The notes: generated by a model from the letters alone, not told the origin. A stretch of 64,000 nucleotides of DNA from Octopus vulgaris (GCA_951406725.2 OX597823.1:116808001-116872000), one strand, 5' to 3'; shown: positions 37,508-50,738, numbered from the stretch's first letter. Program-made: numbers and translations.

Positions 37508-39530
37508 CACCGGTCAACAAAATTAAATGTATGAATGCAAACCAATGTTTTTTTACTAATTTTTCATGTTGATTTCAAAATTTCACAACATTTGTATACA
37601 GCACGTATCAGTTTTTCAGTAGCTACATGCAAATATTTACATATTTGTATATATGAAATCATTAACGTAATAAATAAGAATATATTATTTTTAGAAAGTA
37701 AATGAGTTTATTGAGTTAAAAATCATCACTACCATTCTACAAAGAGTGGAATACACAAAGAATAGGTCAGTCAGACAAAACAGACAAAGTTAGAACAAGA
37801 GTGAAACATTGTGATTTGGATTTCCTGTGGTGTTCCTGATCTGGTTGATCATGGTAAAGTGTCCAGCAGTAGTCAACCAGCATACTGTCATTCCTCCAGA
37901 AGTCTTGGTACCATTTCTCTATAGTACTAATGTCCTGGTGAAATCTTTTCACCATGTGCTGGTGGAATGTGTAAAAAGATTCGAGCGAGGTCATTGCCAG
38001 TACTGCCTGACTGGCTCCCATGCTGGTGGCATGTAAAAAGCACCCACTACACTCTTGGAGTGGTTGGCATTAGGAAGGGCATCCAGCTGTAGAAACTCTG
38101 CCAGATCAAGATTGGAGCCTGGTGCAGCCATCTGGTTCGCCAGACCTCAGTCAAAATCGTCCAACCCATGCTAGCATGGAAAGCAGACGTTAAACGATGA
38201 TGATGATGATGATGGTGATAATGTTCGTCAAACACTGCTTCTAGGTTATCTGTGAAGAAATCCAGATGCAGTCCAAGAAGTGAACTTTCAATGACATGCG
38301 ACAACTCATTGCTGAGTAACATTCCAGAAGATCCTTGTTGTCCATTGCCTTCTTGTTACCCAAGAAATTCCCACAGATCCTATTCAAAGCATTCCAGTTC
38401 ATCCAGTGTTGTCTTGAAGTTGACCTCTTTGAGCACTTCTCTAATTTGGGGTCCAACAAAGATACCCTCTGTCAACTTTGACTGCGTGATTTTGGGAACC
38501 TTTTCAATAATATGCTCAAACCCTCTGACATTTCTCTTCCCTAGTATCTTTACAGACCGTTTCCTCAGTCCAAGCTGTTATGTTCAAAGGAGGCAATAGG
38601 ACATTACATGGAGCTACAAGAGGTGTATTTTTGACGTTAGACAGTCCTGGCTGGTATGATGTTCTTGTCTGCCAGTTTGGTTCCGAATAATGTCTGTCTA
38701 TCCCATAGACACAAGAAACAACAGCATTTTGCGAAACCTGACTGCATTCCCATTAACATTCCAATGACTTTTAAATCTCCACATATTTTCCATGAGTATC
38801 TTTCATAGGCAATGGCATGAAGTAAAAGTTCCATATTCTCATGTGATTCATGAAGATGAACGGAGTGTGCAACAGGAATGGAGGGCTTCAAATTACCATT
38901 ATGGAGAAGTACAGCTTTTAAACATCGTTATGAAGAGTCAATAAGTAAACACCACACAGCAGGATTTTGTGATAAACATTCAAAAAATTCCATCGATGTT
39001 ATTGCAAAAGTAAAGCAGGCCTTCAACAGAAAAACACGTTTGTAGAACCACATTTCTCAGCCAAAACTAAGTTATACAAACACCATGTGCTAGCAGATAC
39101 TTCTCCAACAGTTCTGCTTTATCTTTTGGGAGGGATAGGTCTCTGACAAAGTCATTGAGTTCAGCTTGGGAAAATTTCTGATGTTCAAAGCTATCGTCAT
39201 CAGCCACATGGTCTTCCTCAGCAGCACTATCATAACATTCAGCATCATCATCTGATGTTTCATTACCATCATCTGGTAGAACTGGAATTGGCAGACTTCC
39301 ATTGAGGCACAGGTCTCACTGCAGAATCCAAATTAGGATGCACAGTTTTGTGTTTATTCTGCATAGAAAATCCTGTAATGTTTACTTTGCAAAAATACCA
39401 GTCATTAAAATGTTCTTTTGGCTCCCTTCTGTATCATTAGAATGGCAAAAGGTATGGACTTCTTATTTATTGAACTCATTTGAGCAAACTGAGCAGATAA
39501 TCGGTTCTCCGTGTCCTTTTCTGATGTGAA
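37508..39530 (-). mobile_element. Chapaev3-like (CMC superfamily) DNA transposon with a decayed transposase
   Basis: PSIPVAHSVHL.E...WKICGDLKV..L.G.Q.G..KCCCFLCLWD; EGIFVGPQIR; FLGN; MSCRMSLKVHFL..HLDFF; DEHGERFHQDI...DYCW. Terminus TAA|CACCGGTCAACAAA. The other end is replaced by an RTE insertion. Confidence 0.82.
37957..38220 (+). mobile_element. SINE family C inserted in the Chapaev transposase
   Basis: Splits the DEH|GERFHQD motif; (GAT)n tail. Confidence 0.88.
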
Positions 39531-40877
39531 CTATTTTGAAAGCAAACTTCCTAAGTATGAAAAGTGGTTGACTTTCTCCAATGGCGTCTCTGAGATGGTA
39601 ATGTTGAAGTCTGGAGTTTGCTGACTTAGAATGGGTTGTGCCAGGATTTTTGCCTTTTTGATGTTGACTTTTAGGTCAAATCGAGTGTAAGCATTGGTGA
39701 AGTTATTGAATGGAGTGTTGAAGCTGTTCACTGGAGTGGCAGACTGCTGCACTCTCATCTATAAACTGAAGTTCAGTGATCTTCTGCTTCCTGGTCAGTC
39801 TTTGTGACTTCAATCTGGCAAGGTTGAAACACCCCTCCCCCATCATTTGGTACCTTTATATTGACTCTTGGATTGTCCGAAGGCAGTTCATAAAACATTG
39901 CTGCAAGGTATAAGGAGAAGAGCATCGGGGCCAAGACACATTTAATTCTTTTGTGATTGGGAAGTCTTGAAGCCGTTGGTTTTGATGGAAGATGCTTCCA
40001 GTCACACCCTGTGCTAGGGAAGTGAACTGATCAGGGCCGCCAAAGTGTCAGACGATCTGACACACTGCAGGCCTTGGGACGGTATCAAAGGCCTTTTCAA
40101 GGTTATAGAAAACAAAATAGAGAGGTTTTCGTTGTTCTCTACTCTTTCCTTGTATTTGTCATGCACAAAAGATCATGTCAGTTGTCCCACTGGAGGGTTG
40201 AAATCCACAACATTGTGATTTGGGTAGGACTTCCTCTGCAATGACTTGGAGATGATCCAGAAGGAGCCTTGCAAAGATTTTCCCTGTGGTGGGGAGCAGT
40301 GAGATGCCACAATAGTTCTTACTTATCTTTCTATCTCCTTTTTTAAAGATGATGATGATAACATCCCCTTTGAGGTTTTGGGGAACATGGTGATTCTTCC
40401 ACATTGAGAGAACTAATGTGAACAGGCTGGCACTTAATAGTAGTCCACCATGTTTTAGAATTTCCACTGGGATGTTGTTTAGGCCAGGGGACTTCCACTG
40501 CTTCATGCAACTGAGGGAAATTTGGTACTTTTCGTAGGGTGGTGGCATGTTCATCTAGTGTCGAGTTGAATGAATGGGTACATTCTTCAAGAAATTCTCT
40601 GCACATTGGAATCTTGGTTCAGTAAACTTGAGAAGTGCTCCCTCCAGCATTGAAGGATATCTTGTGGGTCAGTCAGGATAGTGTCAGAGTCTTCTGATTG
40701 AAGAGACCCTATTGATGATCTCACAGGCCCAAAAAATTCCTTTGTTCCAACATAGACGTGTCTGAGGTCACAGACATCAGCATACATTTGGAGTTCAACA
40801 GCTTTTTGTTGCCACCAGTTGTTTTGCATCTCTCTCAATTTTGTTTTGGCATTGTCTTTTGTCTCTCCGAGTACCAA
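39531..40877 (-). mobile_element. RTE-clade LINE reverse transcriptase region (frameshifted)
   Basis: WREHFSSLLN; KSPGLNNIP.EILKHGG; KKGDR...NYCGISLL..GKIFAR; QCGF...TDMIF; KAFDTV; V.HFSYLGS. Confidence 0.9.
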
Positions 40878-41028
40878 TCTCTGCTACCATCTTTATGTCA
40901 TAAAATATAGTGACAATCAAGAACTGGGGTGTACAGTGTGAACTAAGCCCTGCTTCCCTCCTAAAATAAATTTCTGACCTTGTGCCCATAATTAGAAAAA
41001 TTATCACATGCACATAAGTGTGTATGTA

Positions 41029-41083
<55 letters not shown>

Positions 41084-41107
41084 GTATGTATGTATATGTA
41101 TATATAT

Positions 41108-41428
41108 ATTCTTTTACTCTTGTTTCGGTTATTTGGCTGTGTCCATGCTGGAGCACTGCCTTTAGTCAAACAAATCAGCCCCAGGACTTATTCTTAGTAA
41201 AGCTGGTACTTATTCTATCAGTCTCACAGATGCACAAACATACACACACACACATATTTATATATATATATATGATGGGCTTCTTTCAGTTTCTGTCCAC
41301 CAAATCCACTCACAAGGCTTTGGTCAGCCTGAGGCTTTAGTAGGAGACACTTGCCCATGCTGCCACTCAATGGGATTAAACCTGGTTCCATGTGGTGGGT
41401 AAGCAAGCTACCTGTCACACAGCCACTC
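41108..41428 (-). mobile_element. SINE family A (internally deleted)
   Basis: Reverse complement of the family A head and tail. Confidence 0.8.
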
Positions 41429-41452
41429 ATTTACCACTCAGATACATATATA

Positions 41453-41493
<41 letters not shown>

Positions 41494-41495
<2 letters not shown>

Positions 41496-41760
41496 TAGCC
41501 TAAAGCCACCTTATCGGGCAGCTTTTAAGCTAGCTCCTGTGGAGGGCCCTTCTTTGGGCCTTGGGCCCAACAATGACACTTCATGCATTGAGGACATATT
41601 AAATTTTATCAAACTTGAACAATATTTTTCAAGCAATGAACAAGTTTCATCAAAACTATGATATAATTTGTCGACTTGGAAATTAATGCAAAACTGCATG
41701 AGAAACATATTTTGTCTTCCCACTCAGGATTCAGTACGATTTTTTTTTCTGTCTAACCTC
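41494..41760 (+). mobile_element. Possible Helentron/HINE-like non-autonomous element
   Basis: Begins ACTAG immediately after (TA)n, contains 'aagtttcatcaaaa' and ends in a microsatellite. Pattern recall only. Confidence 0.3.
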
Positions 41761-42326
41761 TTTCTTTCTCTCTCTCTCTCTGTTGATTGTTTTCAACCAT
41801 TTCTATGACCAGTACCACCACCATCGCCACCACAGCTGCCATACACACACCATTCAGACTTCTGATGCCACCACCACCAATACCTTTGACTTCACTGTCT
41901 TTCACATCACTTATTATCACCATTGTCTCTGACTGCTTCAGCTACCACCACCACCACCACCACTATCATTACCATCGCCGCCACTTCTATCACAACTACA
42001 GGCCATGCTATTAATATCACCCCATTACCATCACAACCGTCAATTTGCTACCTTCTTTATGCCCACTATTACTTTCCAACATGAGCAATAGCAGGAGTGT
42101 CAATGAACAGTGAGAGACGGGCTTGAAGTGTGATGCACTAACACACAGAAATGAGTTTTCACATTTATTATATTAGCTACATACATATATATATATAAAA
42201 TTTACAAAATGAGGGCAAAAGAAAAATTCTAATGCCAAATATGCCGAAAAAGACAAAAATTGTCAATAACCATTATAATTTATGCATCTCGAAACAAACC
42301 GATAGAAATTTCTAAAAAATCCGTTA

Positions 42327-42387
42327 TTACCGTATTGGTCCCAATTTCGGGGTTAATTCATAAGAATTTTCCCTTCTTCAGTGATAA
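42327..42387 (-). ncRNA. Hammerhead ribozyme-like motif in a probable PLE terminal remnant (~42197-42540)
   Basis: Minus strand reads UUAUCA-CUGAAGA-AGGG..AAUUC..GAAUU..CCCC-GAAA-UUGG(GA)CCAA-UA|CGGUAA. The core is intact, with mismatches at the closing pairs of stems I and II. Confidence 0.65.
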
Positions 42388-42545
42388 ATATGTGAGATAT
42401 AAGTGAAATACTTCCTCAAACCCATAGAAAAAGCAAGCACTAAGTCCTGAGCAGACCTAAGTACCCCAAATATATCCAAAATAGATATGCTGGCCATTGA
42501 TAAAATTTTTTTCCCGAAAAAAATTTTATCCTACATTACTTATAT

Positions 42546-42936
42546 GGTGATGGAAGCACTCCGTCGGTTACGACGATGAGGGTTCCGGTTGATCCGAATC
42601 AACGGAACAGCCTGCTCGTGAAATTAATGTGTAAGTGGCTGAGCACTCCACAGACACGTGCACCCTTAACGTAGTTCTCGGGGATATTCAGCGTGACACA
42701 GAGAGTGACAAGGCCGGCCCCTTGAAATACAGGTACAACAGAAACAGGAAGTAAGAGTGAGAGAAAGTTGTGGTGAAAGAGTACAGCAGGGATCACCACC
42801 ATCCCCTGCCGGAGCCTTGTGGAGCTTTTAGGTGTTTTCGCTCAATAAACACTCACAACGCCCGGTCTGGGAATCGAAACCGCGATCCTATGACCACGAG
42901 TCCGCTGCCCTAACCACTGGGCCATTGCGCCTCCAC
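42546..42936 (-). mobile_element. tRNA-derived SINE family D, full length
   Basis: Head ggaggcgcaatggcccagtggttagggcagcggactcg...ggtttcgattccc (A and B boxes). Apparent TSD acttatat. Confidence 0.88.
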
Positions 42937-43095
42937 ACTTATATATATATGTATATGATGACTTAATTAGCCAAAACTTCGAAGTCACTGTCAACAACAT
43001 TCCTGTATAAGAATAATAAATTTGTACTCTACAAAAGTAGAGAATAACCCATCAGATTAATGTAAAATTATTTTTATAAACTGAATGTAAAAACA

Positions 43096-43134
<39 letters not shown>

Positions 43135-43225
43135 TTTTAGCAACAGCTTAATTCATCTCGGTATGTTGAATGCTTTCTTTAGTCTATGGTTAACTAAGAA
43201 TCTTATTTCTGGTTAAGTATTTCTC

Positions 43226-43390
43226 TTACAATTGTCTCAGTTGGAAGATGGCATCAGGGGTTTCTCTCTTTGATATAAAACCAAACTGTATCTCATCTAG
43301 GCTAACCCTGTTCCCGATACATTTTGCAAGAACTCTTTCAGTAACTTTCATAACTTGGTCCAACACTTTGATGCCTCTCACTCCTCTCGT
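43226..43390 (-). mobile_element. RTE-type RT fragment
   Basis: RGIKVLDQVMKVTERVL...QFGF...T.DAIF.LRQL. Confidence 0.8.
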
Positions 43391-43716
43391 ACATCTTCTT
43401 TGCTTTCGTAACAGTTCACAATGAAGCAGCAACACCAGTCAATGACTGTGACACTTGCTTGTGTTACTTGAATGACTGTTTGAGAGATTCCACCAGATTC
43501 TACTTCACCAGATATTTTAAGAATCTCATCGCCCTTTCACCTCCGTTCTTACAGATGTTCTACAGCAGGTGTATCCAGCCAAACCCACCACCACCACCAC
43601 CACCACCAGTACTACTACTACTACTGTCCATTTGTGTGTTTTCAGATATCTAGTATGTATTTCTTGATTTGTGGTTCTTATACACATATTCACTTCCACG
43701 TATGTATGGATGTATA

Positions 43717-43771
<55 letters not shown>

Positions 43772-43861
43772 GCACACACACACACATATATCTATATCTA
43801 TATATGTATATGTATATATATATACATATATATATATACATATATATATATATACATATAT

Positions 43862-43892
<31 letters not shown>

Positions 43893-43899
43893 CATATAT

Positions 43900-43950
<51 letters not shown>

Positions 43951-45685
43951 TTAACACTTTATTCAGCGTACATTTACATATTCTTGTAAGCAAGTACAAC
44001 ACCTTTATACACACATTCATACATACACATAATTACACATTAATGTACTTGAACACAGCTACGTACACACACACACACACCAACACACCCATTCACTACT
44101 CACGCACCCACATTTTTGCAATGCTTTTATTCTTTTGGCCTGATTACTAGTTTTGCTCCATCATTTCAGGAGAAAACTGTTTTAGCCACCAGCAAATGCC
44201 AAGATGGAAACTTCTGAAATGGAGCCAAGATTTTGGTTTTTCTGTTAGTGAAGTTGTAATATTTGCTATTCCACCTTCACCCCCCACACATGCACCATTG
44301 CGCCTCACCACTCGGTTGCATTACAATGCACTTGCACAAAATAATTTCTGGCATGTAGTTTTTTTTTTTTTTTTAAAACAGTTTTCTGTCTATATTGATG
44401 CTGTTGTTGTTGCTTAACCCTAGGTCAGTCTTGATGAAGTAAAACTCTGATCAAAAGGCATTTCAACCATGATCATCCTGTCACTTTTGAGGTATGCAGG
44501 ACTACAATATCCAATGTGTCCCTTTTCAAAATGGTATGGTGAGAATTGGAGGAGATTTGGCTGCTTTTTCTAGCAGATCAAAAGACCACGAACCTTCTTC
44601 ATTATCTTATGATTTACATATTTTTAACCGTTTACTCATCAAATTACTCTGTCAAATGTAAGGCTTATTTATTCACGTAAATGTACGTTGAATAAAGTGT
44701 TAATATATATATATGTGTGTGTGTGTGTGTGTATATATACATACATGGAAGTGTATGTAGCTTTTGAGATGAGACTGCTTATTTTTAGAATGACATTGTA
44801 GAATAGGTGTGAGAGGCCTGATCTGGCTGATTTGAACATAGAACAGAGTATTTGTACTGGGTCTGGCAATTTAAAACTGATAGTAGTTGGAATCTTTATA
44901 CGTCCTCAGAGAATTCCTGTTTTCTGTGAATGGTTACTATCACATAAGCGACAATGACACACAGACATCAATTTTTCTGTCTGTCTGTCTATATCAATAT
45001 AGATAGACAGTCTGACAGACAGTAAGACAAATACATAGACAGGAACGGGTGTGGTTGTATAGTCAAGTACTTTGCTACCCAGTCATGTAATTTTGGGTTC
45101 AGTCTCTCATATGCCACCTTAGGTAAATGCCTTCTACTATAGCCTTGGGAATGAATTCAGTGGATAGAAACTGAAAAAATCCTGTCACATATATAAATAT
45201 ATGTGCATGTGTGTGTGTGTGTGTGTATGTGTGTGTGTGTGTGTTGTGTTTACATTTGCACTCTACAAAATTTGTGAGCAATGAGCAGTGATAGTTTTGT
45301 CACTTCTCCCGACAACAAATCATCTTTTCACTTCACACCTTCAAAAACATGTGAAGCAGGAGATTGCATACTTGAAAATAAGGAAGGGTTAACAACACAA
45401 ACATCATTTGACTGTTAATCAATGCCTCGGTGATATATTTCTCTAACCCATGCCAGCATAAACAGATATAAAATAACCAAACAAATGAAATACACACACA
45501 CATATACATACATGTGAATTATATCTGTATTTATTTATTTGACGGTAAAGCTTCTTGGCCCACTGTCTTCTTCTGGAGGTCTTTGCCAAGTTGATTACCT
45601 ACAGAATAGGGAACTCAGAGTATTTGTTGTGTAAAATAATTTGCTTTGACTTAAGGATTATATAAACACTAGTTCATGTATTTGT

Positions 45686-45985
45686 GGAGGTACATAGCCT
45701 AGTGGTTAGAGCAGCAGACGCGTGGCCAAGGGATCGCAGGTTTGAATCTCAGACTGGGTGATGTGTGTGTTTGTGAGCGAAACACTTAAGCTCCATGTGG
45801 CTCCAGTAGAAAATAATGGCAAACTTCTGCTGACTCTTTTGCCACAACTTTCTCTCACTCTTTCCTCCTGCATCTTGCAGCTCACCTGTGAAGGACTGGC
45901 ATCCCATCCAGGTGGGGAACCTATATGCCAAGGAAACCGGGAAACCGGACCTTATGAGCCAAGCATGGCTCAGAAGGAACAAACG
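45686..45985 (+). mobile_element. SINE with family D head and alternative 3' body
   Basis: D-like tRNA head, then 'gactggcatcccatccagg...gaaaccgggaaaccggacc.atgagcc', shared with 61693-61950. Confidence 0.75.
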
Positions 45986-46454
45986 CTATTACTAATAGTT
46001 TCATAGATGCATACAGCCACTAATTTTATCATGCATGTGAGTATTTTTGTGTGTATGTTTCTTGTATATACCATGTATATATCAGGCTATATACAGTTGT
46101 GCATATTCACACACATCTCCATTTTTAAATGTACACGCACACACACACGCATGCACACATACACACACACAAGCCAACAAATTGAGCCTGTATCTTCCTA
46201 CTGACGAACCCAGCCAGATAACCATTACATAAAACAACGATGATTTAGTTTTCCAATTAAGTGTACACATGCTTCTTTTTATTGCATGCTTATCCTTCAT
46301 ATCTTGCAATCGTCCCCAGCAGCTCAACATATCCTGCTCAATGCATTCCGTTTGTGACTCACATAACAAAATATAGCATCCTAGTTTCATATCTGAACAA
46401 CAACAGCAAAAACAGCAATAACAACAACCTGCTTTGGTTAATTATTTGGTGTTA

Positions 46455-46971
46455 TATAGAACATAGTTTGACATGCAGCCAAGAGAATTCCCTCCATCAG
46501 GCGTTTGCCATATTCTGAACGCCTTACTTCCCTGGGCATGGATACATTGAAAATCCGACGTATGGCAGCTGACTTGGCAGACAACCATAAAACTATTAAC
46601 CATCTTACAAACAATAACTCTGAGCACCTTTTCAAACTCCACCCATCTAACACCCGTGGACATATTTACAAAGTCAGAAAACAGCACAGCTCCCATGACT
46701 TTCGGAAACATTTTTTCACGCTAAGAGTTGCTGAAGCATGGAACAAACTGCTGGCATCAGTTGTTAGTTGTTGGAGCACTGCATCCTTCAAAACTTCCAT
46801 GCTTCCTGAGATTCACCAACACTACACCTGATTTTCTCTCCCCCCCATACACACGCAAGCATGTATCTGACTCATACACTGTCCACTTCCCAGACATTTG
46901 TACATTCCTGCATATGCTTTATACGCACTTTTGACAAGTTGTGGTGCACCTGAGCACTGTATACAATAATT

Positions 46972-46974
<3 letters not shown>
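46455..46974 (+). mobile_element. CR1-clade LINE 3' end
   Basis: KRIPSIRRLPYSERL...TRGHIYK...FFTLRVAEAWNKL, with a (TTA)n tail. Confidence 0.85.
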
Positions 46975-47002
<28 letters not shown>

Positions 47003-48720
47003 AAAGATAAATGTCACCCTCAAGAATATAAACTTGGGTATTTTTAATGAGGCTAAAACATGAAGTCCCTCAGTAGGTCTACAAATATATGATCCACTTA
47101 GTGAAACTGCAGTTACTGTGTTCATAGCCAAAGCCATAAATGACCTCAATATAATATTCTCCAAAACAATTCTCTTAATTGTGTCTCACATAGAAGAAAC
47201 TAGTGACGCTTCTTTTTTCCTGGTTTCTCCTGGGAATTTAAATTTATTCTTTTTGTGCAAATAGTTTCTATGAATTTTCTGATATAAGGGACTTAAAATA
47301 CATCAACACTCATTTATTGGCTGATCACTGACACTAAACTTCTGCTGTATATTTAGTTTACTCTCTTTTATAGCAAGGTCAGTCAAGTGTACCAACTTTA
47401 CGTTCCAATTACTTTGTTCTGTGCCAAAAAAATAAACAATTTGCTACAATGAATGAATAAATAAATAAGGTTATTAAATATGATGCCAAATTTAGCAAGT
47501 TTTGTTTGATTATGTTGGTCGATTTAACATTAGCAGATGTCTTCTTGTTCCGATATCATGTTAATGTTTTATATCCTGTGGTGATTGTAACACATTTTTC
47601 CATTCTCTCCAGTATTAAAAAATATAATGGAATTTTCCATACAAATTTTTTCAGCCCCATCACTCACTTACGATGCCATTAGCACCTCTGGATGCTGACA
47701 GGATTCTAATGGTACCTCTATAATATTGCTTAGCACTCAAAAACTGCATTAATTTGAAATGCACCTGAAGAAAACCAAGTAATCTATTTTCTCCAATGAA
47801 GTTTGTAACAGAAATAAACTGTGAAATATTCAATTTAATCTCTCATCAAAGACAGGAAATGGCTTTTAATAAAATAAAGTAAATATTTTATTCATAAAAA
47901 TAACAAGCAGCAATTAAAGAGTGAAATATGAATATATTGCTCAATAAGTAATACATACATGGTTCAAGTCTCAGAAGTGAACATGTAGCATTCTTTTTGT
48001 TTTATTATCATGTCTAATATAAAACAATTATATTAATGTAGTAGCTGGTGATAACTTATAAATATTTATTAATTGAAGTTCACAGGTAAAATTTCTATCA
48101 ATTTATTTGCCCATCAGCAAATCTACAAATTTGTATCTCTTGAATATTAAAGTAAATAAACTGCTTTGACTTTATGTTGAAACTTTCAACAAGGTTTTAT
48201 AAAACTCTCAAGAAACTCTCTCAGGAGCAACAGTTTTCCTATTTTCTCGCCAGTTTTAGCATATTTTGCAGCTTTACATCATCAAAATACACACACACAC
48301 ATACCTACATGCATGCACACACACACACACACATCTACATGCACACACACACACTGAATCTCCATACACTAATTTTCACTCAGTGGTATTGGTCAATCTG
48401 AGAGCAGGCAAAAGTGACCAGCCCATGGTACAACACAATGAGATTAAATCCAAATCAATGAAGTGAGGAAGTTGGACTTCCTAAATAAGACACCCATGCC
48501 AATATACAATATTTTTCTGTAATGCATAAACTACAACCATTTTCTTTTATATTATTGTAGAGTTAGCTTTCTAAACAATATTCCATCTTGTAAATAATAC
48601 CATTGCTATGAATGTCTTCATTTTTTGTGTGTCCATATGCTTTTTAGACACTAGCACGCACACACACACACACACACACAAACAAGAATATTGATAACAG
48701 CAACTTCAAAGTCTCGACCA

Positions 48721-49146
48721 GTTAGTTAGTTAATTTGGCTCAAAAGCAAATAGCAAGGCCATGTAGGGGGACATGGAGTTAAGTACAGGGTGGTGTTCAT
48801 GTAAAGAGTTCAGGCCACTTGAGGTCAAGGGAGGCTTTGAACAAAGCGGTCGTCGGCATCTTCACCATCTCGTCTGGCAGCTTGTTCCACGGATCCGCAA
48901 CCCGGACGGAGAAAGCTCCTCTCCTTCGATTAAGATGAAATCGTCGCAGGTAGAGCTTTTCGGAATGACCCCGCAGCCGACGCTCTGGAGCAGGAGTGAA
49001 GAACAGCTCTTTCGAGAGGTTACACTTTCCGCTTATGATGTTGTGGGCGAGAATGAGATCACCACGGCGGCGGCGTTTTTCAAGAGAATAAAGGTCGAGC
49101 GTCCTCAGCCTTTCTTCGTAGGACAAATTTTTGAGACCATTTGTTA
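48721..49146 (-). mobile_element. CR1-clade LINE 3' end (second family)
   Basis: GLKNLSYEERLRTLDLYSLEKRRRRGDLI...LRGH..KL...FSVRV..PWNKLP, with a (TAAC)n tail. Confidence 0.9.
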
Positions 49147-49379
49147 AGCCATTGTTGGACTGCTTATGATGGCTTATTTGGCTGAGATTTCAAAGTCACT
49201 GACAACAATATTCTTGTTTAAGAATAAACTTGTACTCTACAAAAGTCTAGAGTAAACACCAGATTAATGTAAAATTGTTTTTAAAAAACCATAAATAGCG
49301 TTTAAAATTTATAACAGTTGTTTCAGTAGAATTTTATTGAAGTTTTTAGTAGAATTTTATTGAAGTTTTTGGTTGAACA

Positions 49380-49618
49380 AATCACTCCCAGTGTAAATTT
49401 TAAAATCTGGTGCCTACTCTCTTAGTTTCTTTTGCCAAACCTCTAAGTTACAGGGACATAAACAGACCCCAAGATACACACACAAATACATATATACATA
49501 CATAAATATATATATATATATATGCTTATCTATCTACTTATGTATGTATCTTTCTCTCACTCTCTTTCTCTCTCTCTCTCTCTCTCTGTATATATATATA
49601 TATACACATATATATATA

Positions 49619-49681
<63 letters not shown>

Positions 49682-49840
49682 CATGGGCTTCCACAGTGTT
49701 TCCATCTATCAAATTCACTTGCAAGGTATTGTTTGTCCTAATACTTGAAGGCACTTGCCCAAGGTGCTACGAAGTGGAACTGAACCCAAAATCATGTGGT
49801 GGCAAATTGAGCTTCGTAACCATACAGCTATGCTTGCACC
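49380..49840 (-). mobile_element. SINE family A (decayed)
   Basis: Reverse-complement head at 49700-49840 and tail at 49380-49480 around a (TA)n spacer. Confidence 0.7.
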
Positions 49841-49909
49841 TATATGCAATATATTATTTCTATTATTGTCATTATTATTATTACCAGTAGTAGTTGTAGT
49901 AGTAGTAGT

Positions 49910-50122
49910 AGGGTGGCGAGCTGGTAGACTCATTAGCATGCCGGGTAAAATGCTTAGTGGTATTTTGCCCATCACTACATTCTGAGTTCAAATTCCACCA
50001 TGATCAACTTTACCTTTCATTCTTTCAGGGACAATAAAATAAGTATCACTTGTGTACTAGGGTTGATATAATCGACTAACCCACTCTCCCAAAATTGCTG
50101 CCCTTGTGGCAAAATTTGAAGC
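49910..50122 (+). mobile_element. SINE family B
   Basis: gggtggcgagctggtaga...gagttcaaattcc...ccttgtggcaaaatttgaa, followed by (TTA)n. Confidence 0.82.
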
Positions 50123-50174
50123 CATTATTATTATTATTATTATTATTAATATTATTATTATTATTATTATTATT

Positions 50175-50705
50175 GAGTGAAAGAGCAGTGCATGCCATCA
50201 AAGTGAGACAGGGGTAAAATATACGAAGCCCAGTATACCCATTATGACTACCCATCTGATAAGGGTACACTAGGCACATGCATCACAACCACATGTGTGT
50301 GACATGGTGATCTCATATCAAGATAAAAAGCACATGACCTTGCAGGTGGTACCCAGTTAGAATTTTCTTGTGGTCAAGTGGCCCACTCCACTCAAAAGGT
50401 CCCTGAATAAGGGTTGTTTAAGGATGTTGAATGAACTACCCATGTTTCCAGAGGTGAATTATTCAAACCTCTAAGAATTCCTTTCAACACATGGCTATGA
50501 TGCTCCCCACTACTTCTGCTTGTGATCATAGATGCACATATCGTCAACCACTAAGAGACATACTCAGCTGGTTAAGGTCAAACAACTGACAAACAAATCT
50601 GTGGTACTGAGCAGAATATTTGCTATAGCCCATCTTTTATACCAAGACAAAACACTTCCAATCAGTTAAGATCAGAAGCCATGAGAGCCACTGTCTGGTA
50701 CTGCA
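50175..50705 (-). mobile_element. Family E repeat, second copy
   Basis: Reverse complement of 31462-32008; (TTA)n on both flanks. Confidence 0.85.
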
Positions 50706-50738
50706 TTATTATTATTATTATTATTATTTTTGTTGTTG

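Noticed and set aside
42860-42936. tRNA-like sequences (also at 56631, 60368 and 61693)
   Set aside because: They are SINE heads continuing into repeat bodies, with no complete cloverleaf or acceptor stem.
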